Assembly (NCBI GenBank): GCA_018401745.1
Contig: JAGYJY010000017.1
Location: forward strand, 88 to 64,087
Length of the DNA stretch: 64,000 bases
Direction: 5' to 3'
Origin: Pirellulales bacterium
GTDB lineage: Bacteria; Planctomycetota; Planctomycetia; Pirellulales; UBA1268
Shown: piece after piece, positions 41,810 to 51,055 of the stretch
Layout: the number at the start of each line of letters is the position of its first letter
Position numbering within the stretch: the stretch's first letter is position 1
The notes under the pieces: model-generated
The model's database searches: none
Told to the model about the DNA's origin: nothing
The model's input: the letters and a program-made list of their open reading frames with translations, nothing else
Translations under genes and position numbers: made by a program

Positions 41810-42953
41810 CTAGGCCATCGCCTCCACGGCAGCGAGTGCCTCGTCGGCGGCTTCACCAAGGTCATCGGCGTTGATGCGGAGAACAGCCTTGGGAATCGGC
41901 AGTGAGCAGGACGTGGATGATGGACAGTCGAGGAAAGCCTCAATCTGCGATTGAAAGGCGAGCAGTCGGTCGATGCAGCAGGCGTCGGAGGCTGCTGGCG
42001 TGGCGATGCCGCCGGCTGCGGTGTCCGCGGCCTGCAGGCATGCCAGAAGGTCGGCGAAGATATCGCTGCCACCGGCAAAGGGCCCGCGACAGAAACGGAT
42101 ACGTTCACCAAGGGCCGTCGCCGAGACCTGCGGCAAAATCAGCACGTGCGGCGGTGGCAGGCTCGCGACGAGCTGCTCAAGCCGCTGGCTGCGGTCGTCA
42201 CGGATGTCGTGACCGGCAGCGTTCCAAAGTGCTGAGAGGCTGCCGGCCCAAAAGTCAGACACACTCGTGCCCGACGCAGGTGCCTTCCCCAACGGACGTG
42301 AGCTGGCCATGCCAGCAGCTGGCAAGGTCGACAGCAGCGTCGAGCGCGTGGTCGGCCTCACGGTGGTGAATCGTCCGGGCCAGACCGGAGCCACCGTGGA
42401 TCACTCGACCGAGTGTGGCGTCGGCGAGCGTGGCGGACACTTCAGCCGCTCCGCTGCCGGGGACGCCGCAGATAGCAATCCGCCGATGCGTTGGGCTGAT
42501 GTTTTCGAGCAGGTCACGCACGGAGCATCCGGTCGATGGATGCAGAAAATCCGGTGCGATTTCGGCGCATGGTGCAAGCACAAACCGCCGGGTGGTCATC
42601 CGTGGGTGTGGGACGGTGAGGTCTTCGTGGTCAATCTCGAGGCTGTCGTAGAGCAGCAGGTCGAGGTCGATTGTGCGAGGGCCCCAGCGGACATCCCGCC
42701 GCCGATCGAGCGTGTTTTCCACCGCCTGGAGGGTGCCGAGGAGGTCGCGGGGCGGCAGGTCGGTTTCGAGCAGGCAGGCGGCGTTGAGAAAGGCCGGCTG
42801 GTCTGCCGGACCGCCCACAGCTTTGGACTCCAGGAAGCGGCTCGTCTGCAGCACCCGCACGCCTGGCATGAAGCGCAGGAGCTCGATTGCACGATCGAGC
42901 AGGTCGCGTCGGGGACCAAGATTCGAGCCGCATCCAACGAGGCAGCGTGCCAT
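41810..42953 (-). CDS. folK: 2-amino-4-hydroxy-6-hydroxymethyldihydropteridine diphosphokinase with a degenerate P-loop C-terminal extension; apparent frameshift near 42395
   Basis: GSNLG, FLNAA, RWGPRTIDLDLL, PHPRMTTRRFVLAP, then IAICGVPGSGAA; continues in ORF 41810..42394. Confidence 0.85.
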
Positions 42954-43440
42954 GCTTCCCACCATGGGTGCGTCGATGACATCCGACACGCTCCGTCCTG
43001 GAGCCATCGGGGCGTCATCGCATTTCGAGGTGTCGCCTGTGAGCACCCCACCAGTCTGGCAGGAGGATTCTACAAGGCACCCCGCACCTTCGGCCACCGG
43101 CCGACGCACGCTTGGGGGGGACATCCAGGCCACGACCTCAGGTCGTCGACTATCGGTCCCTCAGTCGTCGCCCCCCACATGTGCGTGCGTGCTGCGGTCG
43201 GTGCGGCCCCGACCTTCGCGAGAACATCCATGTTCGCTCGTCTGCCAACATTTCCTCGCTTACCACACGATGCTGCAGTCCATTCACCTTGCGCGACGAC
43301 AAGAGAGGAGTGGAAAGCATGCGGCTGACGAGACAAGCTGACGATGACGATACATCCTTTCGATGGGGCCGCATTCTGTGGAGGTGAGCGTTGTTGTCAA
43401 GCGAACAGACGACGCGACGCGGTTGAAGGGGGAATCGTTC

Positions 43441-44418
43441 ATGCCAAGCGATGACTGGCAGGCTCTGGATGCCATCGAGAGAGATCCTGACGGTCTCGTC
43501 GGCGCGCATCTTCAAACAGCACATCCCTTGGATGATTCCTTCGATTACGTCGATCTTCCCCACGATGCTTCATCGCCAGCGATCGCTCGCGATAGACCCA
43601 TCGAGGCAGAGCATACACGGCTTTTCGAAGAAGGTCATGCCACCGACGTCACGGCCGGGTTTGAGGCGGAATCGGACGTCGAAGAGAGCTACTGGGCCCT
43701 CTCGCGAGCACCGTTGGAGAGCCTGGTCTTCACGCTGCCGCTGGTGGCGGTCTATGAGATCGGTGTGCTGCTGCTGGGCCGCGGCACGCCTCGCAACGGG
43801 GCCGATGTGTGGCTGCGAAGCATCCTCGATTCTCTCGGCTTTGGCGCGTATTTCTTTCTGCTGCCGATGTTGACGATCATCGGCCTTGCTGCCTGGCATC
43901 ATCTCGAGCACGACCGTTGGCGGTTCAGCGGCCGCGTGCTTGTGGGAATGGTGTTTGAAAGCCTGGCGTTGGCCTGCGTGCTGGTCGGGATCGCGCACCT
44001 GCAGGAAGGGCTGTGGGCGGATGTCATGCCTTCGCGGTTCGCCCTGATCACGCTCGACACCGGCGTGTCGCCGGTGTTTGCCGAGCCGTCGTTGCTGCTT
44101 CAGCGGCTCGTTGGTTTTTGCGGGGCCGGGCTCTACGAGGAGGTGCTCTTCCGGCTCCTCTTGCTGCCGGTGCTTGGATGGATGCTGCAGCGTGTGGGCT
44201 TCTCGTCTGCGTCGGCCGCCGGAGGCGGTGTGCTTCTCTCCGCACTGCTCTTCAGCGCCGCCCATTATGTGGGCCTGCACGGTGAAGCCTTCGACCTCTA
44301 CAGTTTCACGTTCCGCACGGTTGCCGGAGTCTTTTTCGGCGTACTCTTTCTCCTGCGAGGGTTTGGCATCACAGCGGGAACGCACGCGGCCTACGACGTG
44401 CTTGTTGGGCTGCTGTGA
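43441..44418 (+). CDS. CPBP (Abi/CAAX) family intramembrane glutamic protease with an acidic N-terminal tail
   Basis: GAGLYEEVLFR, LFSAAHY, GTHAAYD motifs; multiple TM segments. Confidence 0.87.
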   Translation: MPSDDWQALDAIERDPDGLVGAHLQTAHPLDDSFDYVDLPHDASSPAIARDRPIEAEHTRLFEEGHATDVTAGFEAESDVEESYWALSRAPLESLVFTLPLVAVYEIGVLLLGRGTPRNGADVWLRSILDSLGFGAYFFLLPMLTIIGLAAWHHLEHDRWRFSGRVLVGMVFESLALACVLVGIAHLQEGLWADVMPSRFALITLDTGVSPVFAEPSLLLQRLVGFCGAGLYEEVLFRLLLLPVLGWMLQRVGFSSASAAGGGVLLSALLFSAAHYVGLHGEAFDLYSFTFRTVAGVFFGVLFLLRGFGITAGTHAAYDVLVGLL

Positions 44419-44500
44419 TGGCCTGCCGCAAGCATCGCTTCCGCCAATCATGTGGGGCCCTTATACTCGGCTTTTCCGTTGCCAGCAGGAGCGAAGGCCC

Positions 44501-45040
44501 GTGCTAGGAGTTCGTCCGAAGGTTGCCGAGTTGGTCTTCCAACTCTACGGGCGGAGCCTCCATCCGGAGCTCTTTGAGATGCACGCCCAGCGGCTGATCG
44601 AGCGGGCCGACTATCAGGCATCCGTTGCCATCACCAGCGCCGGGCATCTCATCACCTGGCGAAAAGCAGGGATCACGCTCACGGAGGTGGCAGCGAGCGG
44701 AACGCAGCCGCTGCCCGAAAAGCGCCGGCTGCTTTCGCATCGCCTGTGTGGCGAGCGGAGCGACCGTGTTGAGTGTCGCGGAGGGATCCTCTACGAGACC
44801 TCGTTTCAGCTTGAGACGGTCGAGCCGGAAGTGTTCTGGACGTTTCAGCAGGAACTGTGCACCGATGGAGGACGGCACGGTATCCTCCACCGGTTCGACT
44901 CCAGCGGCCGCATGGCGCTCGGCGCACTGAGTTGGCTGAATGTCGAGAGCCGCACCAAGAGCCTGCTCGTCCAGGCGTTCCATACGTTTCCGGATGATCT
45001 GGCGATTGTGAAAAGTCAATCTCTCTTCGAGGTTCCCTGA
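44501..45040 (+). CDS. DUF2617-like protein
   Basis: GTG start after AGGAG; VRPKVAELVFQLYGRSLHPELF...QAFHTFPDDLAIVKSQSLFE; TATACT at 44462-44467 upstream. Confidence 0.7.
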   Translation: MLGVRPKVAELVFQLYGRSLHPELFEMHAQRLIERADYQASVAITSAGHLITWRKAGITLTEVAASGTQPLPEKRRLLSHRLCGERSDRVECRGGILYETSFQLETVEPEVFWTFQQELCTDGGRHGILHRFDSSGRMALGALSWLNVESRTKSLLVQAFHTFPDDLAIVKSQSLFEVP

Positions 45041-45124
45041 GTGTCGTTGTTCGGTCTGGCGGCCCTTGGCCGCGTGTTTCCTTTCGCAGCTTGAGCACAG
45101 CCACCTTTTGTCCCAAGGCCCATC

Positions 45125-45637
45125 ATGTCGCTTTCCGACGCCGTCTCTCTTGCCAAGCCATCATCCTCGCCGGCATCGGCCGGCTGCCTCGAGCCTGGCA
45201 AGAGCCGGGTGTTGATTGCCGACGACAACGAGCCGAACCGCGAGCTGCTTGAGGCCTACCTAATGGAGGTCGATTGCGAGATCGCCACAGCCGTTGACGG
45301 CCTCGACACGCTGGAGAAGGTCGAGGCGTTTCGGCCTGACGTGATTCTGCTGGATGTGATGATGCCGAAGCTCTCCGGCTTTGAGGTCTGCTCACGGCTC
45401 AAGGGAGATCCGACAACCAGCCCGATCATGATCCTGATGGTCACAGCGCTTGGCGAACTCGGCGATATCGAGCGGGCCGTGGAGGCTGGCACCGACGACT
45501 TCCTCTCCAAGCCCGTCAACAAAGTGGAGCTGGTGAAGCGGGTGGAAAACATGCTCAAGCTGAGAAATGTCAGCGACGAGCTCGAGCGACTCCGCAGCTA
45601 CATCCGCACCATGGACGACGATCAGCCTCCGCGGTAG
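45125..45637 (+). CDS. Stand-alone response regulator (receiver domain plus short helix)
   Basis: VLIADD, ILLDVMMPKLSG, MVTA, FLSKP. Confidence 0.92.
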   Translation: MSLSDAVSLAKPSSSPASAGCLEPGKSRVLIADDNEPNRELLEAYLMEVDCEIATAVDGLDTLEKVEAFRPDVILLDVMMPKLSGFEVCSRLKGDPTTSPIMILMVTALGELGDIERAVEAGTDDFLSKPVNKVELVKRVENMLKLRNVSDELERLRSYIRTMDDDQPPR

Positions 45638-45667
45638 CCGGTGCAGCCGGCGACGACGCTGCTGAGC

Positions 45668-46564
45668 CTACGCAACGCCCGTCCGCATCCTGCCGACCTG
45701 ATCAAGCACGCGGCTGGTCGCCGGCGAGCGGTTGAGCACGTAGAAGTGGATGCCCGGCACATCGGCGTCGATGAGCTCTCGCACCTGCCGCGTGGCAAAC
45801 TCGACGCCTGCTTCAAACTGAGCCTCCGTGTCGTCTCCCGCAGCCTCGAAGGCACTGGTGAAACACTCCGGCAGCTTCGCCTTGCAGAGGCTGGCGATTC
45901 GTTTGATCTGTCCGAAGTTGGTCACTGGCATGATGCCCGGCACGAGCGGAGCGGAGATGCCAAGACGATCGCAGGCATCGCGGAAGCGGAAGAAGTCGGC
46001 ATTGTCGTAGAAGAGCTGCGTGACCACGACCTCGCCGCCGGCAGCACACTTTCGCTTCAGGTTTTCCAGGTCGGCCTCAGGGCTGAGAGCCTCCTGGTGG
46101 GTTTCCGGGTAGCCTGCCACGAGAATGCCGAGGTTGGGAAACTCATCGCGGATCATCTCCACAAGCTCTGAGGCATAGCGAAAGCCTCCCTCGACGGCTT
46201 GAAACTCGGTCTCACCCTTCGGCGGATCCCCCCGCAGCGCGACGATTGCCGACACACCGCGGTCGATGGCTGCCTGGAGGTAGCCCCGCAGCTCGTCGGT
46301 GGTCGACCCGACACAGGTCAGATGGCTCGCCACGGGCAGGCTGTGCCGTTGGCGAACTTCCTCGAGAATGTCGAGCGTCTTGTCACGGGTCGAGCCACCG
46401 GCACCGTAGGTGCAGGTGATCATCGATGGCTCGAAGGCCATCAGATCGTCCACCGTGGCCCACATCATCACTTCCGATTCAGGGGTTTTCGGTGGAAAGA
46501 GTTCGAACGACAGGCCGAAGCGGCCTTCGGAGTAGGCGTCGATGAGTGCCACGTGCGGAACCAT
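45668..46564 (-). CDS. metF: Methylenetetrahydrofolate reductase
   Basis: SFELFPPKT, TYGAGGST, HLTCV, ALRGDPP, AGYPETH, TQLFYD, HFYVLNR. Confidence 0.96.
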   Translation of the reverse strand: MVPHVALIDAYSEGRFGLSFELFPPKTPESEVMMWATVDDLMAFEPSMITCTYGAGGSTRDKTLDILEEVRQRHSLPVASHLTCVGSTTDELRGYLQAAIDRGVSAIVALRGDPPKGETEFQAVEGGFRYASELVEMIRDEFPNLGILVAGYPETHQEALSPEADLENLKRKCAAGGEVVVTQLFYDNADFFRFRDACDRLGISAPLVPGIMPVTNFGQIKRIASLCKAKLPECFTSAFEAAGDDTEAQFEAGVEFATRQVRELIDADVPGIHFYVLNRSPATSRVLDQVGRMRTGVA

Positions 46565-46681
46565 CCTGCGGGTGAGAAACGAACGGAAACCTCCCCTAGT
46601 CTAGCGCCGCTGCGGTGTTCACCCAACCGCGGCATATTTCGGCCCTTGCGAGCGTTTTGCGGGCCCGCTGGCTGAGAAGCC

Positions 46682-47995
46682 TCACGAGGCGGTGGTTGCG
46701 GCGTGGACGGTGGCGAGAAAATCCCGGTCTGCCGGCAGGATCTTCATGCTTCGGCGGATCATCATCCGCTCAAGCATCGTGGCAGCCTGATCTGAGGTGG
46801 TCCGGCCGCCGGTGAGCAGGTTGGAAAAGGCCGGAACCTGCTCAGGGGCGTTGCCTCCCACGGTCGCCACCACGCCGATGCGGGCCCCGCAGGCCAGCGA
46901 GGTGGTGACGCTGGTCTTGGCGAGGTCGCCGACCACCGCCCCTAAAAACTGGCGGTGCGTGTGGATCGTCGTCCGGCCGCCATCGGGAAGCAGCGTGTGC
47001 TGGCGGACCGGCCCATACGACGCCTTCAGGTTGCCCGTGTTGGTGCCGGCCGCAATGTTGACCCAGCTGCCGACATGGCTGTGGCCGAGATAGCCGTCGT
47101 GGGGTTTGTTGGTGAGCGGCTCAATCACGCTCGCCTGCACTTCCCCGCCAACGCGGCTGTCGTGTCCGATGGCGGTGCCTTCGCGGATCCAGGCATGGGG
47201 TGAGATGCGGACCCGCTCTGCGATCCAGGCTGGCCCGTCCAAGCAGGCGAAGGGGCCGATCTCCGCGTCATCGCCAACCACCACAGGCCCTCCACGAACA
47301 ACAACGGGGCTGGCGATCCGTGCGGAGCTGGCGGCAAAAAGCCCCGGCTGGACCTCGCGGTAGTGACCAGAGTCGATCCGCATCGCAAGGCTGCCGGCGA
47401 GGGCGTGTTCGTGGGCGGTCACCACTTCATGCGACTGCTCGACGAGGCGAAAGGCGGCTTCGTCGGCGGCTAGGTCGTCGAGAGGCTGGCGGGAGCCGAG
47501 TTCCGCGATGATTCGTTCGGCGGGAGACTCGCGGGCTCCCTCAGCCACACCTGGATGGGAAAGAAGGGCTTTGATGGCCGTGTCGTCGGCTGTTTCTCCG
47601 CTCGTGGCAGAGCGATGCACCACAGCGGCCACAAGGGCGCCAGCACGAAACACCACACCACGCTGGCCTGCCTCGACGAGCCCACGCAGGCCAGCGATGG
47701 CCTCGCAGGTCGGCACGAGCCGGGCGTTGACCACCAGCACGGTGCCTTCTCGACGCGACGCGGGTGCCGCGACGCCATGGGCTGGACCAGGGGTTCCCCA
47801 CAGCGGGATCCGCTGGCCGGCCAGGGCGGAGAGATAGTTGCCCAGCGAAGGCCGAGCGATCCGATGAACATCGCCGAAGATCTGCAATGCCTCAACGAGC
47901 GAGCAGCTGCCGATGAGGAGATCGCAGGCCGGCCGCATCGTGACGAGCACGCCAAGCGACCGCACCGCACCATCCTCAAACACGATCACGTTCAT
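46682..47995 (-). CDS. Putative sugar nucleotidyltransferase/acetyltransferase (GlmU-like, left-handed beta-helix)
   Basis: VIVFED..RPACDLLIG; hexapeptide repeats; RVGGEV..NKPHDGYLGHSHVGSWVNIAAGTNTGNLK. Confidence 0.8.
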   Translation of the reverse strand: MNVIVFEDGAVRSLGVLVTMRPACDLLIGSCSLVEALQIFGDVHRIARPSLGNYLSALAGQRIPLWGTPGPAHGVAAPASRREGTVLVVNARLVPTCEAIAGLRGLVEAGQRGVVFRAGALVAAVVHRSATSGETADDTAIKALLSHPGVAEGARESPAERIIAELGSRQPLDDLAADEAAFRLVEQSHEVVTAHEHALAGSLAMRIDSGHYREVQPGLFAASSARIASPVVVRGGPVVVGDDAEIGPFACLDGPAWIAERVRISPHAWIREGTAIGHDSRVGGEVQASVIEPLTNKPHDGYLGHSHVGSWVNIAAGTNTGNLKASYGPVRQHTLLPDGGRTTIHTHRQFLGAVVGDLAKTSVTTSLACGARIGVVATVGGNAPEQVPAFSNLLTGGRTTSDQAATMLERMMIRRSMKILPADRDFLATVHAATTAS

Positions 47996-48222
47996 GCGTC
48001 TCGCCTGCGCTGCCGACGGGTGCCGGGCGGTATGGGAAGGGAGCCACGGTCGCATCTGGTGCCGCGTCTGCCCGTGTCACCTCAACCGCGGACTCTACCA
48101 CGGCTGTCTCGCTGTCGTGAACGTCGTTGATCGCTGCGAAGGCCCCAAGGGCTGGCAAATCCGCAGCGGCCGACCTAGTCTTTCTATCCTGCTCGGGCTT
48201 GCCTATGGCGAGCTTGTGAGGG

Positions 48223-48305
48223 GCCGGAGTGGCGGAATGGCAGACGCGACGGATTCAAAATCCGTTGCCCGCAAGGGCGTGTGGGTTCAAGTCCCACCTC
48301 CGGCA
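48223..48305 (+). tRNA. tRNA-Leu (anticodon CAA), CCA not encoded
   Basis: Acceptor stem GCCGGAG/CTCCGGC+A, D-loop GGAATGGCAGAC, anticodon arm ACGGA-TTCAAAA-TCCGT, long variable arm GCCC-GCAA-GGGC, T-arm GTGGG-TTCAAGT-CCCAC. Confidence 0.97.
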
Positions 48306-48520
48306 TTTGAAGGGGCGTGGCTTGCTGAGGGCTCGCCAGGCGGCTTGGTGAAGACCTCCAGCTGAGGCACCAAGCCAACCGCGATGTTCTCGGTCTGCAC
48401 TTCGACAACTCCGGAGGCCGCGAGCAGGCAGACTGTAGAACGAGTCTGCTGCGGACAGCTGCCCCACGCCTGCACCGTAGCCAATCAGCATCTTCCAGGC
48501 GATCCAGATCAGTCTTGAGT

Positions 48521-49549
48521 TTACCGCTTCCGGCGGCCACCCACCGTCAGCCAGGCGGGCAGCCAGTGGGGCGTGCCTTTCCATTGCATCCAGACGTTGG
48601 ACGCCAGGATCAGTCCACCGCCACACAGCAGGGTCAGCGTGGCCTGCTCGTTGGGATAGGAGATGCCTGCCCAGGCTCCCAGCCACGCTGGAAGAAACAG
48701 GGCATAGGCCGACGCGAAGACCGGTTCGCTGGTGTAGATCAGCCCGGCTTCGGTGGCCGGCACATACCGCTGGTAGGTGTTCATCAAGAGGAACGCACCG
48801 ATCGTGCAAAACACCACCAGGAGTGCGAGCATTCCGGCTGTGGGCAGCGAGGCACCCGCGGTGAGCATGGCCCCTGAGGTTGGAGCGGTGGCCCAGGCGA
48901 CGGGGAGGGCGAGCACCGCGATGCCGACACACATCATCAAGGTCACGGGTCGGCCGCGATTCTCCGCATACCGCGGCTTTTCCAGCGTGAGGATCTGTCC
49001 TGTGAAGAACAGGGTTGAGAGAAGTGTTTCCAGCTCGCCGCGGCCAATCATCAGGCTGCCGGGCCGAATGCCTGAGAGCACCGCGGTGCCCACGACCACC
49101 AGGGCGGTGGCGCCGATCAGCCGCCGCGAAGGCACCCGCCGGCTCCGCAGCACGAGCCACAACGGAAGCAGCACACAGTAGGCTTGGGTGAGAAAAGCCG
49201 ACGTCGAGGCTTCGGTGTAGGCCAGGCCGTCGGTCTGGATTCCCATGCCGAGGCCTCCCCAGGCGGCCAGCTCGAAGCCTTGCTGGATTTCCCTGCGGGT
49301 GGGCCTGGGAAGATGGAGCACTGCGGGCGTCAGGAGCACGGCAGCCGTGCCAAAGCGAGCCAGCTGGATCCAGGCTGCCAGAAACCAGCTTGAGGCGTCT
49401 GGAAGTCGGAGAGTCTGCTCAAGCTGCAGCGCCTTGAGGACAGGAAAACTCAGCCCCCAGAAGCCGCAGGTGAGCACGAGGGCGAGCACAGCCATCAGCG
49501 TTGGTTCCCAGAGCCGCAAGGCGGGTCGGTCAGGAAGGCGAGTTCCCAA
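48521..49549 (-). CDS. DMT/EamA family transporter (start may be ATG 49495)
   Basis: FWGLSFPVLK, QTDGLAYTEASTSAFLT, QRYVPATEAGLIYTSEPVFA; about 10 TM segments. Confidence 0.9.
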   Translation of the reverse strand: MGTRLPDRPALRLWEPTLMAVLALVLTCGFWGLSFPVLKALQLEQTLRLPDASSWFLAAWIQLARFGTAAVLLTPAVLHLPRPTRREIQQGFELAAWGGLGMGIQTDGLAYTEASTSAFLTQAYCVLLPLWLVLRSRRVPSRRLIGATALVVVGTAVLSGIRPGSLMIGRGELETLLSTLFFTGQILTLEKPRYAENRGRPVTLMMCVGIAVLALPVAWATAPTSGAMLTAGASLPTAGMLALLVVFCTIGAFLLMNTYQRYVPATEAGLIYTSEPVFASAYALFLPAWLGAWAGISYPNEQATLTLLCGGGLILASNVWMQWKGTPHWLPAWLTVGGRRKR

Positions 49550-49591
49550 ACGTTCTGCCTGAGACTCCTCAGAGGAAACCTATCCGCCACC

Positions 49592-51040
49592 ATGACCACA
49601 CCGCCAGAGGGCACCGCCAGAGCCGATTTCCGTCTGCCGATGCTGACACTGCTGTTGGCCGTGGCGAGCCTGACCCACATGGTGTCTTTTCCCTGGTGGA
49701 TGGGGCTCGTCAGCGGTCAGCTGCTGCTGGCGGCCACGCTGGTGGCGGTCTTCTTCCCTGGGTCGCTGCTCGCCCTGTCTGCCTTTTTGCTGGCGAGCCT
49801 CACCTACTGGTTTGGCCGCCTGCCGGCGGTGCCCAATCACATCCTCTTTGAGATGCTGGTGCATCTCACCTTGATGGCAACGGTTGCCAGTTCACTCGTG
49901 GCCGCAGTGTGGCGGTGGGGCCGGAAACGCCACACCGACGCAGACGCGCCTCTTGGCAGCCGCGTCTTCGAGCAGGCCCGGCCGCTGATCATCACGGAGC
50001 TGATCGTGATGTATCTCTTCACCGTGATCCACAAGCTCAACCACGACTTTCTCAATCCGGCCGTGAGCTGTGCCGTCTCCATGCACCATGAGCTCGCAGC
50101 GGTGGTGCCGTGGGTGCCTGATGGGGAGTGGACCTGGTGGCCAACGATCCTCGGCACGCTCCTGATCGAACTGGCCATTCCTCTGCTATTTCTCAGCCGT
50201 GGCACGCGAACCGCGGGCATCCTCCTGGGGCTTGTGTTTCATATCTTTCTGGCCCTCCATCCCCATGGCGGCATCTACAGTTTTTCCGGGCTGCTATTTG
50301 CGCTCTACGCGCTGCTCCTCCCTGATGCCTCGCTCCGCTGGCTCGGCGGCCGTTGGCAGTGGCTGCCGCTGGCTGCCAGGATCGGGCTCACGCTTGCCGT
50401 GGTGGGCGGGTTTGCGGCAGCGATCGTCTTGCAGATGATGGCCTATCGGAATGGCCGTGGCTTCCTGGCGGCCAACGCGATCGGCTTCTCCGCCTGGCTT
50501 CCGCTCGCGGTCCTGATCGTCCTGGGCTACGTGCTGGCAATCGCCCGTGGCCGAGGCGACGGCCTTGCGGGGCAGGCCAGGCCCGCACCACCCTGGCCGC
50601 TGCTGTGGCTGTTTCCGCTGCTGGTGCTGCTCAACGGGGCCTGCCCGTATCTCGATCTGAAGACCACCACGGCCTTCTCGATGTTTTCCAACCTGCGGAC
50701 AGAGGATGGCCACAACAACCATCTCTTTCTGCCGCGGCTGCCTCTCTTTGGCTACCAGGACGATCTTGTCGAGGTGCTTGAAGCCAACGATCCCCGGCTG
50801 GCAGGCCTCGCCCGCAGCGGCGACCTGCTGCCCTGGTTTGAGTTTCGCCGCATCGCGTCGACGACGCAGCCAGGCACCAGGATCCGCTGCCGCCGCAACG
50901 GCGAGGAGCGTCTGCTCAGCCGTGACGACGACTCCGCCGAGAGCCGGGAGGCGTTTACGCCCCACCCCTGGTGGATGGCCAAGCTGCTTGTGTTCCGGCC
51001 CATCAGGCCCTTTGGCGAGCCGATGACCTGCCGACACTGA
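49592..51040 (+). CDS. HTTM-like (vitamin K-dependent carboxylase-like) multi-pass membrane protein
   Basis: PNH, MYLFTVIHKLNHDFL, LIELAIPLL..GLVFH, PYLDLKTTTAFSMFSNLRTE. Confidence 0.6.
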   Translation: MTTPPEGTARADFRLPMLTLLLAVASLTHMVSFPWWMGLVSGQLLLAATLVAVFFPGSLLALSAFLLASLTYWFGRLPAVPNHILFEMLVHLTLMATVASSLVAAVWRWGRKRHTDADAPLGSRVFEQARPLIITELIVMYLFTVIHKLNHDFLNPAVSCAVSMHHELAAVVPWVPDGEWTWWPTILGTLLIELAIPLLFLSRGTRTAGILLGLVFHIFLALHPHGGIYSFSGLLFALYALLLPDASLRWLGGRWQWLPLAARIGLTLAVVGGFAAAIVLQMMAYRNGRGFLAANAIGFSAWLPLAVLIVLGYVLAIARGRGDGLAGQARPAPPWPLLWLFPLLVLLNGACPYLDLKTTTAFSMFSNLRTEDGHNNHLFLPRLPLFGYQDDLVEVLEANDPRLAGLARSGDLLPWFEFRRIASTTQPGTRIRCRRNGEERLLSRDDDSAESREAFTPHPWWMAKLLVFRPIRPFGEPMTCRH

Positions 51041-51055
51041 CGCGCGTTGCCGCCG

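Noticed and set aside
46565-46681. SAM/SAH riboswitch upstream of metF
   Set aside because: No recognisable consensus elements by eye; an Rfam scan would be needed.
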